Origin: Ignavibacteriales bacterium
Lineage (GTDB): Bacteria; Bacteroidota; Ignavibacteria; UBA10030
Direction of reading: 5' to 3'
Length of the DNA: 64,000 bases
Assembly (NCBI GenBank): GCA_016186715.1
Contig: JACPLA010000100.1
Coordinates: forward strand, 157 to 64,156
Both the position numbers and the translations under genes were made by a program. Below are positions 48,751 through 59,207 of this stretch, one piece after another. Under the pieces are notes generated by a model. The model worked only from the letters and a program-made list of their open reading frames with translations, did not search any database and was not told the DNA's origin. The first letter of the stretch is position 1; every line of letters starts with the position of its first letter.

Positions 48751-50532
48751 TTAGACCCCGCGCGCCTCAAGTCGCTGCTGAAGAAGGTCGATCTGATGCG
48801 AGACTTCGTGAGGGAGGCGACGACCAAACTGTGCGAAAAACTCCCGCATACTTTTCGCTGCGTTCATCCAACCGTTCCAGTCAACTTCGGTTAGACGCCT
48901 CATCGTCTCGGGGGAAATCTCCAGACCGGAGGTGTCGATGGACCACCGCGTCGGCAAGTATCCGATGGGAGACTCAACGGCTTCTCCTTCCCCCCGTACC
49001 CGCTCCAGAATCCACTTCAGAACCCTGATGTTCTCTCCATATCCGGGCCAGAGGAAAGCGCCGTTCTCATCTTTTCGAAACCAGTTCACGCGGAAAATCA
49101 GCGGAGGCTTTTTCAATTTTCTGCCGATTGCCAACCAATGATTGAAATAATCTCCCATATGATAGCCGCAAAACGGAAGCATGGCCATGGGGTCGCGGCG
49201 CACAACTCCAACGGCGCCGGTCGCAGCGGCCGTCGTCTCCGCGCCCATGCCCGCCCCCATCATCACGCCGTGTTCCCAATTCAACGACTGCATGACCAGC
49301 GGAACAATCACCGATCGCCGGCTTCCGAAAATGATTGCCGAAATCGGAACCCCTTCTGGATCCTCCCAGGCATCATCGATCGAAGGACATTGAGATGCAG
49401 GGGCTGTAAACCGCGAATTCGGATGAGCGGCATCCCCTCGGCCGCTTTTCCAGATCTCGCCACGCCAATCGAGGAGACCCGCAGGCGGATCCACACCGAT
49501 TCCTTCCCACCATGGTTCTCCGCCGGGTGTCATCGCGACATTCGTAAAGATCGTCCCACGATGCACCATTTCCATGGCCACCGGGTTTGTCTTTGAACTC
49601 ATTCCGGGCGCGACACCGAAGAATCCCGCTTCAGGATTGATGGCTCGCAGTCGACCATCTCCGTCGATGTGGAGCCACGCAATGTCGTCACCGACAGTTG
49701 TAATCTTGTATCCCTGGTCAGCCAGAGCGGAGACCATCATGGCGAGGTTGGTTTTGCCGGAGGCGCTGGGAAACGCGGCCGCCATGTATGTCTTGTGTCC
49801 GCCCGGATCCTCAAGACCGAGAATCAACATGTGTTCCGCCATCCATCCTTCCTCACGCGCCATCCAGCTGGCAATCCGCAGGGCGAAACATTTCTTGCCG
49901 AGGAGCGCGTTACCGCCGTATCCTGATCCGAAACTCCAGATCAGTCTTTCTTCCGGAAAATGAAGGATGAACCGCCGGGCAGGATCGAGGTCGCCCAGGG
50001 AGTGAAGACCGGGAACAAATTCGCCCGATTCGTGGAGATGATCCATTGCCGGCTTACCCACGCGTGTCATGATGTGCATGTTGACAGCAACATACAGACT
50101 GTCGGTGACTTGAATTCCAACCTTGCTGTATGGCGAACCCACCGGCCCCATCAGGTACGGGATGACATACATCCTCCTTCCCTTCATGCTCCCGGTGAAC
50201 AGCCTTCCCACTTTTTCCTTCGCATCCTTTGGAGCCATCCAGTTGTTTGTAGGACCGGCATCGTCTTTTGAGCGGGTGCAGATGAAAGTCAGATCTTCCG
50301 TCCGCGCCACATCATTGGTGCTGCTGCGATGGAGGTAACAGTTGGGGTACGTCTTTTCATTCAGCTTCACGAGGGTCCCGTCTTCGAGCATCCTTTCAAC
50401 GAATGTCCGGTATTCTTCCTTCGAACCATCACACCAGTAGATCGAATCAGGTTGTGTGAGTCGGGCGGCTTCATCGACCCATTCCTGCATCGACGGATGC
50501 GCAGCAGCTCCATTTTTCTGTAAGGAAATCAC
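48751..50532 (-). CDS. pckG: Phosphoenolpyruvate carboxykinase (GTP)
   Basis: GTP-PEPCK kinase-1a block [15 protein letters not shown] and PEP/OAA-binding motifs; 593 aa. GTG start. Confidence 0.9.
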   Translation of the reverse strand: MISLQKNGAAAHPSMQEWVDEAARLTQPDSIYWCDGSKEEYRTFVERMLEDGTLVKLNEKTYPNCYLHRSSTNDVARTEDLTFICTRSKDDAGPTNNWMAPKDAKEKVGRLFTGSMKGRRMYVIPYLMGPVGSPYSKVGIQVTDSLYVAVNMHIMTRVGKPAMDHLHESGEFVPGLHSLGDLDPARRFILHFPEERLIWSFGSGYGGNALLGKKCFALRIASWMAREEGWMAEHMLILGLEDPGGHKTYMAAAFPSASGKTNLAMMVSALADQGYKITTVGDDIAWLHIDGDGRLRAINPEAGFFGVAPGMSSKTNPVAMEMVHRGTIFTNVAMTPGGEPWWEGIGVDPPAGLLDWRGEIWKSGRGDAAHPNSRFTAPASQCPSIDDAWEDPEGVPISAIIFGSRRSVIVPLVMQSLNWEHGVMMGAGMGAETTAAATGAVGVVRRDPMAMLPFCGYHMGDYFNHWLAIGRKLKKPPLIFRVNWFRKDENGAFLWPGYGENIRVLKWILERVRGEGEAVESPIGYLPTRWSIDTSGLEISPETMRRLTEVDWNGWMNAAKSMREFFAQFGRRLPHEVSHQIDLLQQRLEARGV

Positions 50533-51173
50533 AGCCGGCTCTTCCAGGTTCGTATGGTTATAGGATCAATGCGCACCTCATCCCCGGCCACCGCGCTGGG
50601 AAAGGGGTCCGGGTAGTACTTCTGACAGCATGCATACGCTTCCAGGCTGGCCATGTTCCAGTAGGACGGACATGATGCGCAATGAATATTGTTTCCGCTG
50701 AGGTAGAAGTCCGTTGAGCCGCAGTGCTCACTCTTGCTCATGGCCGTCACAAGTTTTCCCTGAGGAGTCACATAGGCAATCATGGGGACTTCCTGAATCT
50801 TTTCCGGATCGAAGAACCGGACCAGCTTGTTTTCCTGCACGGCCCGCAGCGGAATTGCAATCGCCCCTCCTTTCATGGTTGCCTCGATCGGAACGCTGGC
50901 AATTTTCTGCTCACGATACATCGTCACCATTCCAACTGTCGGCTGCCGCTCAATGACCGGATGGAAGGTTCTCAGCAATTGATCCAGGAACACGCCGATG
51001 CCGCCGACAAGGACCAAGATCATTGTCGCCCGGACCATCCACCGTTTCGCCGGTACTTTCGGCTTCCGCTGTTCGCCCCCCGACTTCTCCTCGACGAATT
51101 TCAGAGCGGTGCCGCACGTCGGACACACGCCCGTTTTCCCCTGCACCTCTGTTCCACATTGATGGCACGTCAT
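50529..51173 (-). CDS. Membrane-anchored Cys-rich protein (zinc-ribbon N-terminus + TM + DUF2318-like Fe-S/metal-binding domain)
   Basis: N-terminal zinc-ribbon [20 protein letters not shown], one TM helix, and a C-terminal Cys cluster [23 protein letters not shown]...YACC. It overlaps the pckG start by 4 nt. Confidence 0.6.
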   Translation of the reverse strand: MTCHQCGTEVQGKTGVCPTCGTALKFVEEKSGGEQRKPKVPAKRWMVRATMILVLVGGIGVFLDQLLRTFHPVIERQPTVGMVTMYREQKIASVPIEATMKGGAIAIPLRAVQENKLVRFFDPEKIQEVPMIAYVTPQGKLVTAMSKSEHCGSTDFYLSGNNIHCASCPSYWNMASLEAYACCQKYYPDPFPSAVAGDEVRIDPITIRTWKSRL

Positions 51174-51186
51174 TCTGTCGAACCTC

Positions 51187-52386
51187 CTAAACCGCAGTCA
51201 CCGATGTGCGTGTTAACTTCCCACCCGGACTTCGTACCACGGCATTCGCCTCTTCTCCGATTAGCCGCTCGAGCTTCTGAACTTTTTCCTCCACCTCCGG
51301 ACGTGACCGGCCGAGAACCGTCATGTGGCCCATCTTGCGTTTTGGCTCCCTCCTCGATTTCCCGTACAGGTGTATTTTTGCGCCTTCGATTTTCTGGACT
51401 TCAGCCAGATCGAGACGCTGGAGATGTTTGCCAAGGAGGTTCACCATTGCACAGGGACTGAGAAGCCTCGGTTGATGAATCGGAAGTCCGCAAACGCATC
51501 GGACGAGCGCTTCAAATTGTGAAACACTCGAAGCGTCAAGCGAGAAATGTCCCGAATTGTGCGGACGGGGCGCAAGCTCATTCACTAGCAACCGACCGTC
51601 GTGTGTCACAAACATTTCCACACACAGGACGCCCACGATGCGAAAATGCTCAATCACCGCTCTGCCCAGGTCCGTCGCCTTTTGTGCCAGATCGGCGGGG
51701 AGTTCTGCGGGAACGCGTGTCACGTGGAGGATGTTCTCGCGATGTTCATTTTCCAGGACCGGGAATGTCGTCACCGTCCCCTCGCGCCCGCGGACGGCAA
51801 TCACCGAGATTTCAAGCTGGAGAGGAAGGAATTGCTCAACCACGCGCTCCGCAAATTGTTCCCCCTCCTTCTTCAAGAATGATTCAAGTTCCTCCCCTGT
51901 ACGCAAGACGGATTGTCCTTTGCCGTCGTACCCTGTCGTTGAAGTTTTCACCACAACCGGGTACCCAATCTCCCGAACAGCCGTTTTCAATCCGTCCGCC
52001 GTAGAAGCAGACAAGAACCTCACAACCGGAAACCCAGCTTTCAGTAAAGCTTCTTTTTCCACTCCCCGGTGTTGGGCTATGCGAAGGATGGGGCTTCCGG
52101 GAAAAACCGGTTTGTTCGATTCAATGGTTTCAACGGTCTGCGCGTCGATATTCTCGAACTCGTACGTGACGACGTCGGAAGACCGGCCAAGTTGCTCCGC
52201 GGCTTGTGTGTCCTCGAAAGGAGCCGTGATGGTTCTTTCGGCAACCTTTGAAGCCGGGCATTCCGGATCGGAATCCCACACGATACTCCGGTATCCCATC
52301 CGACGGGCTTCGCGGAGCGTCATCATGCCGAGTTGTCCGCCGCCGATCATCCCGATCGTCGCCGGCGGGAGAAGGGTGTTGGTCAT
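51187..52386 (-). CDS. purK: N5-carboxyaminoimidazole ribonucleotide synthase
   Basis: ATP-grasp motifs ([27 protein letters not shown]). I trimmed the track's 197-aa spurious extension to the ATG at 52384-52386, which overlaps the purE stop (ATGA). Confidence 0.9.
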   Translation of the reverse strand: MTNTLLPPATIGMIGGGQLGMMTLREARRMGYRSIVWDSDPECPASKVAERTITAPFEDTQAAEQLGRSSDVVTYEFENIDAQTVETIESNKPVFPGSPILRIAQHRGVEKEALLKAGFPVVRFLSASTADGLKTAVREIGYPVVVKTSTTGYDGKGQSVLRTGEELESFLKKEGEQFAERVVEQFLPLQLEISVIAVRGREGTVTTFPVLENEHRENILHVTRVPAELPADLAQKATDLGRAVIEHFRIVGVLCVEMFVTHDGRLLVNELAPRPHNSGHFSLDASSVSQFEALVRCVCGLPIHQPRLLSPCAMVNLLGKHLQRLDLAEVQKIEGAKIHLYGKSRREPKRKMGHMTVLGRSRPEVEEKVQKLERLIGEEANAVVRSPGGKLTRTSVTAV

Positions 52387-52886
52387 ACCGATGTGGAAAG
52401 AACCTTCTGTTCGGTATCTCTCCGATAGTGTTCGAGCTTTTCGGCAAATTCCGGACGCTTCACGGCGAGGATCCTGACGGCGAGCAATCCGGCATTTGTT
52501 GCTCCGTCGATCGCGACCGTTGCGACGGGAACTCCGGCCGGCATTTGTACGATCGAGAGGAGGGAGTCGATTCCGCTCAGCGCCCTCGATTTTACCGGAA
52601 CGCCGATCACCGGAAGCGCCGTTTTCGACGCGACCATGCCCGGCAAATGGGCCGCCCCGCCCGCACCCGCAATAATGACCTCGATCCCGCGTCCCGCCGC
52701 GTCCTCCGCATACCGAAACATGTGGTCCGGAGTACGGTGCGCCGACACCACCTTGAATTCGAAGGGAACGCCAAACGACTTCAGAATATCTCTCGCCGGA
52801 GCCAGGTGCTCGGCATCCGAGGCGCTTCCCATGATAATGGCGACAAGGGGGGGTACGCCTTTTCTGCCGCGTCGTCTTAGTTTCAT
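52383..52886 (-). CDS. purE: N5-carboxyaminoimidazole ribonucleotide mutase
   Basis: PurE signature [10 protein letters not shown], then AHRTP and [13 protein letters not shown]. Confidence 0.9.
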   Translation of the reverse strand: MKLRRRGRKGVPPLVAIIMGSASDAEHLAPARDILKSFGVPFEFKVVSAHRTPDHMFRYAEDAAGRGIEVIIAGAGGAAHLPGMVASKTALPVIGVPVKSRALSGIDSLLSIVQMPAGVPVATVAIDGATNAGLLAVRILAVKRPEFAEKLEHYRRDTEQKVLSTSV

Positions 52887-53038
52887 TGGAATCAGCAATT
52901 ACGAAAGACCTGTCGGAAACGGACCGGACGATCAGGCGCCGTCCAGGCCGCACCCTTCGACCGGCTAGAAATGGCAAAGAGGGTCTCAGGGCATGCGTGA
53001 ACGTACGAAAGAGTTTCTAGAATCGAAAGGGGAATGAT

Positions 53039-53803
53039 TCAGAGCCGTGCCGCAGACTCGTCGGATGCCGTCTGACGATTACGGTTCTGTTTCTTTTTCT
53101 CAGCCGCAATCCGATTCGCGATAAGAGCCGCTGTCGCACCTGCGCCGAACCCGTTATCGATATTCACCACGGTCAGCCCCGGCGCGCACGACTGCAGCAT
53201 CGTCATCAACGCAGCCTCTCCCTTTCCGCCATATCCGTATCCCACGCTCGTCGGCACGCCGATCACCGGAACCGGTACAAGTCCCCTCACGACTGTTGGG
53301 AGTGCTCCCTCCATTCCCGCCACCACGACCACTGCCGAAGCATCCTGAGAGCGAATCTCTTCGAGCGGATTCACAAGCCGATGAATGCCCGCCACGCCGA
53401 CATCATAAAACCGAAGCACCTTGCAGCCCATCGCCTCGGCCGTCACACGCGCTTCCTCGGCAACGGGGAGATCCGACGTTCCCGCGGCGAGTACCGCTAT
53501 CACCCCCCCTGTGGTGTGAATCCCCCTCCCCGGCCGCTGAAGTACAATTGTCCGGGAAATGTCGTTGACGGCAACATCGAACGATTCTCCCAGTTCGCTT
53601 TTCACGGCTGCGGCCACCGCCGCGCTCGCACGGGTAACCAGGGCAAGACCTTCCTGCATTGTCATCGATTCAACGAGCTTCACAACCTGTTCGGCCGTCT
53701 TTCCTTCCGCAAGCACCGCTTCCGGAATCCCGGTGCGCTCCCGGCGGTGAATATCAAGACGGCCAAATGAATCTAACGACGATTTGGGATCTTCCAATGT
53801 CAT
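53039..53803 (-). CDS. larB: LarB-family PurE-like carboxylase (nickel-pincer cofactor biosynthesis protein LarB homolog)
   Basis: N-terminal LDIHRRERTGIPEAV block plus a PurE-like fold in the C-terminal half (AVLAAGTSDLPVA, VAGMEGALP). Confidence 0.7.
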   Translation of the reverse strand: MTLEDPKSSLDSFGRLDIHRRERTGIPEAVLAEGKTAEQVVKLVESMTMQEGLALVTRASAAVAAAVKSELGESFDVAVNDISRTIVLQRPGRGIHTTGGVIAVLAAGTSDLPVAEEARVTAEAMGCKVLRFYDVGVAGIHRLVNPLEEIRSQDASAVVVVAGMEGALPTVVRGLVPVPVIGVPTSVGYGYGGKGEAALMTMLQSCAPGLTVVNIDNGFGAGATAALIANRIAAEKKKQNRNRQTASDESAARL

Positions 53804-54810
53804 GCTTTCGAAGCTTTCCGTAAACGATCCATGACCGCCGTGCCAAGGCCGCCTTCATCGACCTGCTCAACGAGAATGATATCGGCCCCCTCGTGATCCA
53901 GTTCCCGAAAGGTACGAAACAGATATCGGGCAAAAAAGTCGATCGGCGCGGGAAGGACTTTAAAAAACACTCCGGATTCCACGCTCGCCATCTCGGGAGA
54001 ATGAACAATGCAGCCGACAGATTTTCCGTCCTGCCGAAATTCTTTGAGCGCTCTCTTCAATCCCTCCACATCTTCACGGTCAACAAGGACAATCTTTGCA
54101 TTGGGCGCATAGTGACGATGCCTCGTCCCCGGTGAACGCCTGAGAAACTCCTCCTCCGAAGCAAGCCGCACCGGCCCCACGATATCTTCGAGGCTCTCTT
54201 TGTGCAACCCACCGGGCCGGAGAATCAGGGGCGGATCCAGCGTGACATCCACCACCGTCGATTCAATGCCGATGTCCGTCGGACCGCCATTCAAGACCAT
54301 GTCGATTCTCCCCTTGAGATCCTCCATCACATGATTTGCACTCGTCGGGCTTGGACGACCTGTCAGGTTGGCGCTCGGCCCCACGATTCCGCCGTCGAAT
54401 TCTTCGATGAGGGCGAGAGCGACCGGATGATCGGGCATACGGATGGCAACCGTGTCCAGCCCGGAAGTGACAATTTCCGGAACCAGATAGGTTTTCCTGA
54501 CAACCAGCGTTAACGGCCCGGGCCAGAATTCCTTCGCGAGGCGTTCTCCTTTTTCCGACACTTCCTCCGCAAGTTCCATCAACTGATGACGCACTGCGAT
54601 GTGAACGATCAACGGGTTATCGGACGGACGACCCTTCGCGGCAAAAACTTTCTGAACGGCTTCAGAATTGAGCGCATCAGCTCCGAGTCCATAAACGGTC
54701 TCGGTTGGGAACGCGACTACTCCCCCTTTCTTCAGAACCTCCGCGGCCTCTGCAATAATTTGAACATCCGGATTCTCAAGCGAAACTGTTGCAAGTCTTG
54801 TTTCAATCAT
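53800..54810 (-). CDS. tsaC: L-threonylcarbamoyladenylate synthase (YrdC/Sua5 family, with Sua5 C-terminal domain)
   Basis: YrdC motifs (AFPTETVYGLGADA, VRMPDHP) and a Sua5-type C-terminal domain; 336 aa. Confidence 0.85.
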   Translation of the reverse strand: MIETRLATVSLENPDVQIIAEAAEVLKKGGVVAFPTETVYGLGADALNSEAVQKVFAAKGRPSDNPLIVHIAVRHQLMELAEEVSEKGERLAKEFWPGPLTLVVRKTYLVPEIVTSGLDTVAIRMPDHPVALALIEEFDGGIVGPSANLTGRPSPTSANHVMEDLKGRIDMVLNGGPTDIGIESTVVDVTLDPPLILRPGGLHKESLEDIVGPVRLASEEEFLRRSPGTRHRHYAPNAKIVLVDREDVEGLKRALKEFRQDGKSVGCIVHSPEMASVESGVFFKVLPAPIDFFARYLFRTFRELDHEGADIILVEQVDEGGLGTAVMDRLRKASKA

Positions 54811-54834
54811 TCCGACAACATGTTCAAGAGTACG

Positions 54835-55332
54835 CTACAACGGTTTGAACCGCTCAAACGACTGACGGCAGGAATCGCAATAGAAAATTTGTTTGCAGAG
54901 GGTTGCGCCGAACGCGCTTTCAAGATGCGTTTGATTCGAGCGGCAAAACGGACAGGGAACGGGAAGAGCCAGCGTTGCCCGAAAATCCTCCGTTTTCAAA
55001 GGCGGGGGGGCGATTCCAAAGTCCCTCAGCTTTTGTTTTGTTTCATCACTCAGCTCATCTGTCGACCAGGATCCCGAGGCAACCGTGTCCACCGTGATTT
55101 CATCAAACCCGAGGTCCTGAAGTTTTTCGCGAACTTCCCGGCGCATCAAGTCCATCGCCGGGCAGCCGGCAAACGTCGGAACCAGTTTCACCGTGACGCT
55201 TCCATTGTCCACCTGAACATCGCGAATCACATTGAGCTCAACAAGGGAAAGAACGGGAATCTCGGGATCTTTGACATCGCGCAGGGCTTTCCAGACTTCG
55301 GCAACACTCCGTCGTGAGGTCGTTTTCACCAT
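54835..55332 (-). CDS. paaD: 1,2-phenylacetyl-CoA epoxidase subunit PaaD-like (DUF59/MIP18 + C-terminal zinc ribbon)
   Basis: DUF59 motif DPEIPVLSLVELNV and a C-terminal CPFC...CDSC. Start at the ATG at 55330-55332. Confidence 0.7.
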   Translation of the reverse strand: MVKTTSRRSVAEVWKALRDVKDPEIPVLSLVELNVIRDVQVDNGSVTVKLVPTFAGCPAMDLMRREVREKLQDLGFDEITVDTVASGSWSTDELSDETKQKLRDFGIAPPPLKTEDFRATLALPVPCPFCRSNQTHLESAFGATLCKQIFYCDSCRQSFERFKPL

Positions 55333-56120
55333 GGTTGACCTGGGGCGAGTTGATACACGTGTTGGAGGTCGGAAACCAGCTGCCGGAGGTCGTCGGTATG
55401 GCGGCCGGTCCTTCCCCCAAGATCCGGAGAACACTCAGGCTCGAACGTACCGTTCTTTTTCCGAACCGGAACAACGAGGGTAGCCCGAGTGAGGACCCGC
55501 ATGATTTCTGTCAGCCATTCTTCTTGAAGCTCGCGGCTTGGTTTGACCACTCCGGCTTTCACCAGATCCGCCTCTGCAGGAAAATCCTCAAACAGACCCA
55601 GCGACTGAGGAAAGGCGGTTTCGGCGGCGGCTTGCATGCGCCGGTGGCTCTCTTCGGTACCATCACCCAACCGCTCCACAAGTCCCTGGCTGTGCATCAG
55701 GTGATAGGCCTCCTCGGCCAGAATTTTCACTGAAAGCTGGCGCAGGGGGTCAAAGGAACTCTGGGCGAAAGACTTCATCCGTACTTGTTCTGCGGCGTCG
55801 AAAAAAAACTGGCGCACGACGGTATAAGCGAAGTCTCCCTTGGGATATGCGACAAGCCGGCAGCAGGCAAAGTCGCGCCAATTCCGTTCAAAGGCCATCC
55901 AGTCAGGCGTTTTCCCGGTGAGCTGTTCATGAAGGGAGAACCACGCAAGGGAGTGACCCAGTTCGTCCTGAGCAATGTTGGAGAACGCAATATCTTCTTC
56001 GAGGATTGGCGCAAACCCCGTCCACTCGGAGTTCCGGTGACCGAGCACAAGTTCGTCGTCGCCGAGGGCGACAATCATCCCGAGCAAAGGTTCTGAGGGA
56101 AGGCCGGAAGGGATGTTCAT
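55326..56120 (-). CDS. paaC: 1,2-phenylacetyl-CoA epoxidase subunit PaaC-like
   Basis: Ferritin-like fold with degenerate diiron ligands. Its position between paaB and paaD matches the usual gene order. Confidence 0.7.
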   Translation of the reverse strand: MNIPSGLPSEPLLGMIVALGDDELVLGHRNSEWTGFAPILEEDIAFSNIAQDELGHSLAWFSLHEQLTGKTPDWMAFERNWRDFACCRLVAYPKGDFAYTVVRQFFFDAAEQVRMKSFAQSSFDPLRQLSVKILAEEAYHLMHSQGLVERLGDGTEESHRRMQAAAETAFPQSLGLFEDFPAEADLVKAGVVKPSRELQEEWLTEIMRVLTRATLVVPVRKKNGTFEPECSPDLGGRTGRHTDDLRQLVSDLQHVYQLAPGQPW

Positions 56121-56127
56121 CGACTTC

Positions 56128-56418
56128 CTAGGATTCTGCCGGTTCGGTTCTTGCGGGTGCGTCAAACGCTTTGGGATCGCGGTAACTCTTATCGAACACC
56201 TGTGAGAAGAAATTCGGGTCCTGATAGTCGGTTTGCGCGATATCGCTGCTCCGGACCACCCAGAGGCTCACGCAGTCGAGCCGTCGTGCAAACTGATCGC
56301 GAGCCATCTGGAGCGCCATTTCCGGATCGGGGGCATGCACCGACCCGACATGCTCATGGGGCCTTCCGCGCCGGGATTGGTGGAAGACTTCATATGTTTC
56401 CCACTGTGTATCGCTCAT
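56128..56418 (-). CDS. paaB: 1,2-phenylacetyl-CoA epoxidase subunit PaaB
   Basis: About 96 aa. PaaB signature WEVF...[15 protein letters not shown]. Confidence 0.8.
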   Translation of the reverse strand: MSDTQWETYEVFHQSRRGRPHEHVGSVHAPDPEMALQMARDQFARRLDCVSLWVVRSSDIAQTDYQDPNFFSQVFDKSYRDPKAFDAPARTEPAES

Positions 56419-57353
56419 GCGGCATTCGCCCGCTTTGCCTTTGCGGCCAGAGCTTCCCGGACCCATCGGCCTTCTTCATGCGACCTCCGGCGAACGTCGA
56501 GGCGTTCCTTGTTCATCGGCCCGTCGCCGTTGATGACTCTTTTCAATTCCTCCCAATCCGGCTGCGTGAAGCGATAGTGACCAGCGGCCTCATCATAGAC
56601 ACAGTCGCGGTCGGGAACATCCAGTCCGAGCGCCCGGATCTGAGGGACGATGAGATCGACAAACTCCTGGCGCACCTGGTCATTCGTCTTGGTTTTGATC
56701 CGCCATCGCATGGCTTTTTCGGTGTGGGGGGACGCCTTGTCGGGCGGACCGGACATCATGAGAGTCGGATACCACCAGCGATGGATCGCGTCCTGGGCCA
56801 TCGCCCGTTGCGCAGGAGTTCCTTTGGCAAGAGCAACGATAGCGTCATATCCCTGTTTGATATGAAAAGACTCTTCGTAGCAAATCCTCTTCATCGCACG
56901 GGCATACGGGCCGTACGACCCTTGGGCCAGCATGGATTGGTTAATCACCGCGGCGGTGTCCACGAGCCACCCGATGACGCCCACGTCGGCCCAGGTCGGC
57001 GTGGGATAGTTAAACACGTTCGAATATTTGGCCTTCCCTGCCAGAAGTTCATCAATCATTTCTTCCCGGCTCTTCCCAAGCGTCTCGGCTGCACGGTATA
57101 GCAATTGACCGTGGCCCGCCTCATCCTGCACCTTGGCAACCAGGGTCAGCTTGCGGCGAAAGCCGGGGGCATAAGGGATCCACTTTCCTTCCGGAAGCTG
57201 TCCCACGATCTCGCTGTGAGCGTGCTGGCCGATCATTCTGATCAGGTTTTGCCGGTATTCGTCGGGCATCCAGTCGCCGGGCTCGACTTTGTCGCCGCGT
57301 GCCACCCGCGCTTCAAATTCGGTAAGTTGTTCGTTGTGTGATTTCTCGGTCAT
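56415..57353 (-). CDS. paaA: 1,2-phenylacetyl-CoA epoxidase catalytic subunit PaaA
   Basis: Diiron carboxylate motifs ([28 protein letters not shown]). Start at the ATG at 57351-57353. Confidence 0.85.
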   Translation of the reverse strand: MTEKSHNEQLTEFEARVARGDKVEPGDWMPDEYRQNLIRMIGQHAHSEIVGQLPEGKWIPYAPGFRRKLTLVAKVQDEAGHGQLLYRAAETLGKSREEMIDELLAGKAKYSNVFNYPTPTWADVGVIGWLVDTAAVINQSMLAQGSYGPYARAMKRICYEESFHIKQGYDAIVALAKGTPAQRAMAQDAIHRWWYPTLMMSGPPDKASPHTEKAMRWRIKTKTNDQVRQEFVDLIVPQIRALGLDVPDRDCVYDEAAGHYRFTQPDWEELKRVINGDGPMNKERLDVRRRSHEEGRWVREALAAKAKRANAA

Positions 57354-57470
57354 AGAAAGAAACGAAGTGATCGTAGACCAGAATATAGCGATTTTTGGGG
57401 TTGAAGTAAACCTCCACTCTTTAAGTTTCTTCTTAACTGGGATTTCCGACGGCGATGATGCGCAAGCGTT

Positions 57471-57630
57471 GCAGAGTCCGATTCGCAATCGGACCTCATG
57501 GCCGCGGCCCGGCCTCGGATATTCGCCAGAGGCGAATGAGTCTTTGGCTCAAATCCGACGCCTTGTAGAGTCCGATTCGTAATCGGACCTCACAAGCCTT
57601 CGTGTGCGGTCGCGGACCGGACTCTACAAC
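57471..57630. repeat. REP-like hairpin/direct-repeat cluster (2 copies of ~28-bp unit RYAGAGTCCGATTCGYAATCGGACCTCA; nested 12-bp inverted repeat TTGTAGAGTCCG/CGGACTCTACAA)
   Basis: Copies at 57471-57498 and 57565-57592, each containing the hairpin TCCGATT-CGY-AATCGGA. A similar hairpin ATTCGCC-AGA-GGCGAAT lies at 57521-57537. Confidence 0.5.
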
Positions 57631-57866
57631 GTTGTTGTCTAGGGAACAAAGAAATCCCCCTTCGGGGGATTGGCAAAAGAATAAGCCGTCCCCGCCAGCC
57701 TATGATGTTTCAATGAGGCGGGCTGGGGCTTTAACCGGTGGCGATGAAGGCAACCCAAGTCCGCGCGCAAGCCCCATTCAACCATTCGCCATTTCACCAA
57801 TCACCAACCCCCTGTTACCTCATTTCGTTATAACCTTCGGAAGGTTAAGCCTTCCGAAGGTTCCCA

Positions 57867-58625
57867 TTACCGCATCGCCGTTAAAACCAGCTTAAACGCT
57901 GCCACGAACAGAACCGCTGCGAGGATTCTTCGCAAAACAACCGCGGTGAGAACCCTGGATCCTGCATAGGACCCTGCCAACCCTCCCACAAATGCTGCCG
58001 CAACGAACGGCCAAATCGCTCCGACTTCGAGACCTCCGCGTGCGAACCGACCCACGAGTCCCCCAAGCGAATTGACAACAATAAAAAATGCCGAAATCGC
58101 TGCGGTTTGCTTCATGGAGGCCCATCTCACCAGGATCATGATCGGACTGAGGAAAATTCCTCCCCCGACGCCGACAATTCCGGACAAAAAACCGATTCCA
58201 GCCCCCGCCCCAAGCGCAACCGGGAATGATGGTTGCACGGCTCTTTCTTCCGCTGTCTTTCCCATCGTGGCAGCGGCAAGTCGATATGCGGCAAACAAAA
58301 GAACCCCGGCCAAAAGAAGAAAGTAGATCGTCTCAGAAATCCGGATGTATCCGCCCAGAAATGCTGCCGGAATCGAGAGAAGAACAAAAGGCCAGGCAAG
58401 GCGGAATGAAAAATGACCTGCCCGAAGAAACTGCACCATGCCAATGCCGGCGACAAGAACATTCAGAACCAGGGCAGTGGTGGACATCAGGGAAGGTGAA
58501 ACGAGAAAAAACGAGAGGACAGCAAGGTAACCGGATGCGCCGCCATGTCCAACTGACGAGTAAAGGGCAGCAACGACAAGCATTAAAAGTGCGACTATCA
58601 AGAACTCAACGAGGGTAAGTTCCAT
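57867..58625 (-). CDS. TauE/SafE-family (DUF81) sulfite/anion exporter membrane protein
   Basis: 252 aa, about 8 TM helices. It shows the two Gly-rich internal repeats typical of the TauE/SafE family. Confidence 0.8.
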   Translation of the reverse strand: MELTLVEFLIVALLMLVVAALYSSVGHGGASGYLAVLSFFLVSPSLMSTTALVLNVLVAGIGMVQFLRAGHFSFRLAWPFVLLSIPAAFLGGYIRISETIYFLLLAGVLLFAAYRLAAATMGKTAEERAVQPSFPVALGAGAGIGFLSGIVGVGGGIFLSPIMILVRWASMKQTAAISAFFIVVNSLGGLVGRFARGGLEVGAIWPFVAAAFVGGLAGSYAGSRVLTAVVLRRILAAVLFVAAFKLVLTAMR

Positions 58626-58646
58626 GAACCCATTTCCAATAATTGA

Positions 58647-59207
58647 TCACGTCTGCTCAAGGGGACCGGCAATAACTTCGCAACCAAGCTTGGTCGGGTG
58701 GTCAAGGACTTTTGCATCTGCCGGGACGGATCGGAGCACCCAGAGCCCCAGCAAGTCTCCACCCGCTGCGCCCAGAAACAAAGCTCCCAGAATCGTGAAC
58801 CAGGCGTCGCCGGTGATCAGGCCGACGGTGGCAGGAAGAAACCCGAGGAAAAGGGCGGGCAGGACGACGCCAACGCGGTAGGCCCTTGCTGTAATCGGTA
58901 CCTTGCAGTGTGCGTACGGCGTGATGAGTTTCCAATGGACTCCGAACTTGATGTCTTCCCAGGCAATCTTCCCCGCGAACTTCCATCCAATACCATGGAG
59001 CAATTCATGAAGAAAGATTCCCGCAACCAGCGCAATCAGCGTTGTCCGCGTCAGAAAAACGCGCACCAGAACCATGTCGCCCCAGACCAGATGAAACGCA
59101 TATCCATAGACGGCAACAAGACCGACAAACAGTGGAGCGGCCAGGAGGTTGGCGAGACCGACGGACATCGTCACGTCGCGGCGTTCTGGGGTGGGTTCAG
59201 GATTCAT
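58647..59207 (-). CDS. DUF3267-like putative membrane zincin (HExxH)
   Basis: TM helices flank an HELLHG motif. Start at the ATG at 59205-59207 (MNPEPTPE); the track ORF is 53 aa longer. It overlaps the upstream response-regulator stop by 11 nt. Confidence 0.55.
   Translation of the reverse strand: MNPEPTPERRDVTMSVGLANLLAAPLFVGLVAVYGYAFHLVWGDMVLVRVFLTRTTLIALVAGIFLHELLHGIGWKFAGKIAWEDIKFGVHWKLITPYAHCKVPITARAYRVGVVLPALFLGFLPATVGLITGDAWFTILGALFLGAAGGDLLGLWVLRSVPADAKVLDHPTKLGCEVIAGPLEQT

Noticed and set aside
57354-57866. Possibility that the hairpin-rich region encodes tmRNA, RNase P RNA, SRP RNA or a tRNA
   Set aside because: I found no tag-peptide reading frame (…ALAA stop). There is no GGAAAGTCCGG P4 core, no GGAAGGAAGCAGC SRP helix-8 motif and no tRNA cloverleaf. 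I call it a generic repeat/structured region instead.
57602-57895. 97-aa + ORF inside the hairpin-rich intergenic region
   Set aside because: Pro/Ser-rich low-complexity translation with no RBS. It overlaps the TauE gene 3' end and likely reflects repeat sequence, not coding.
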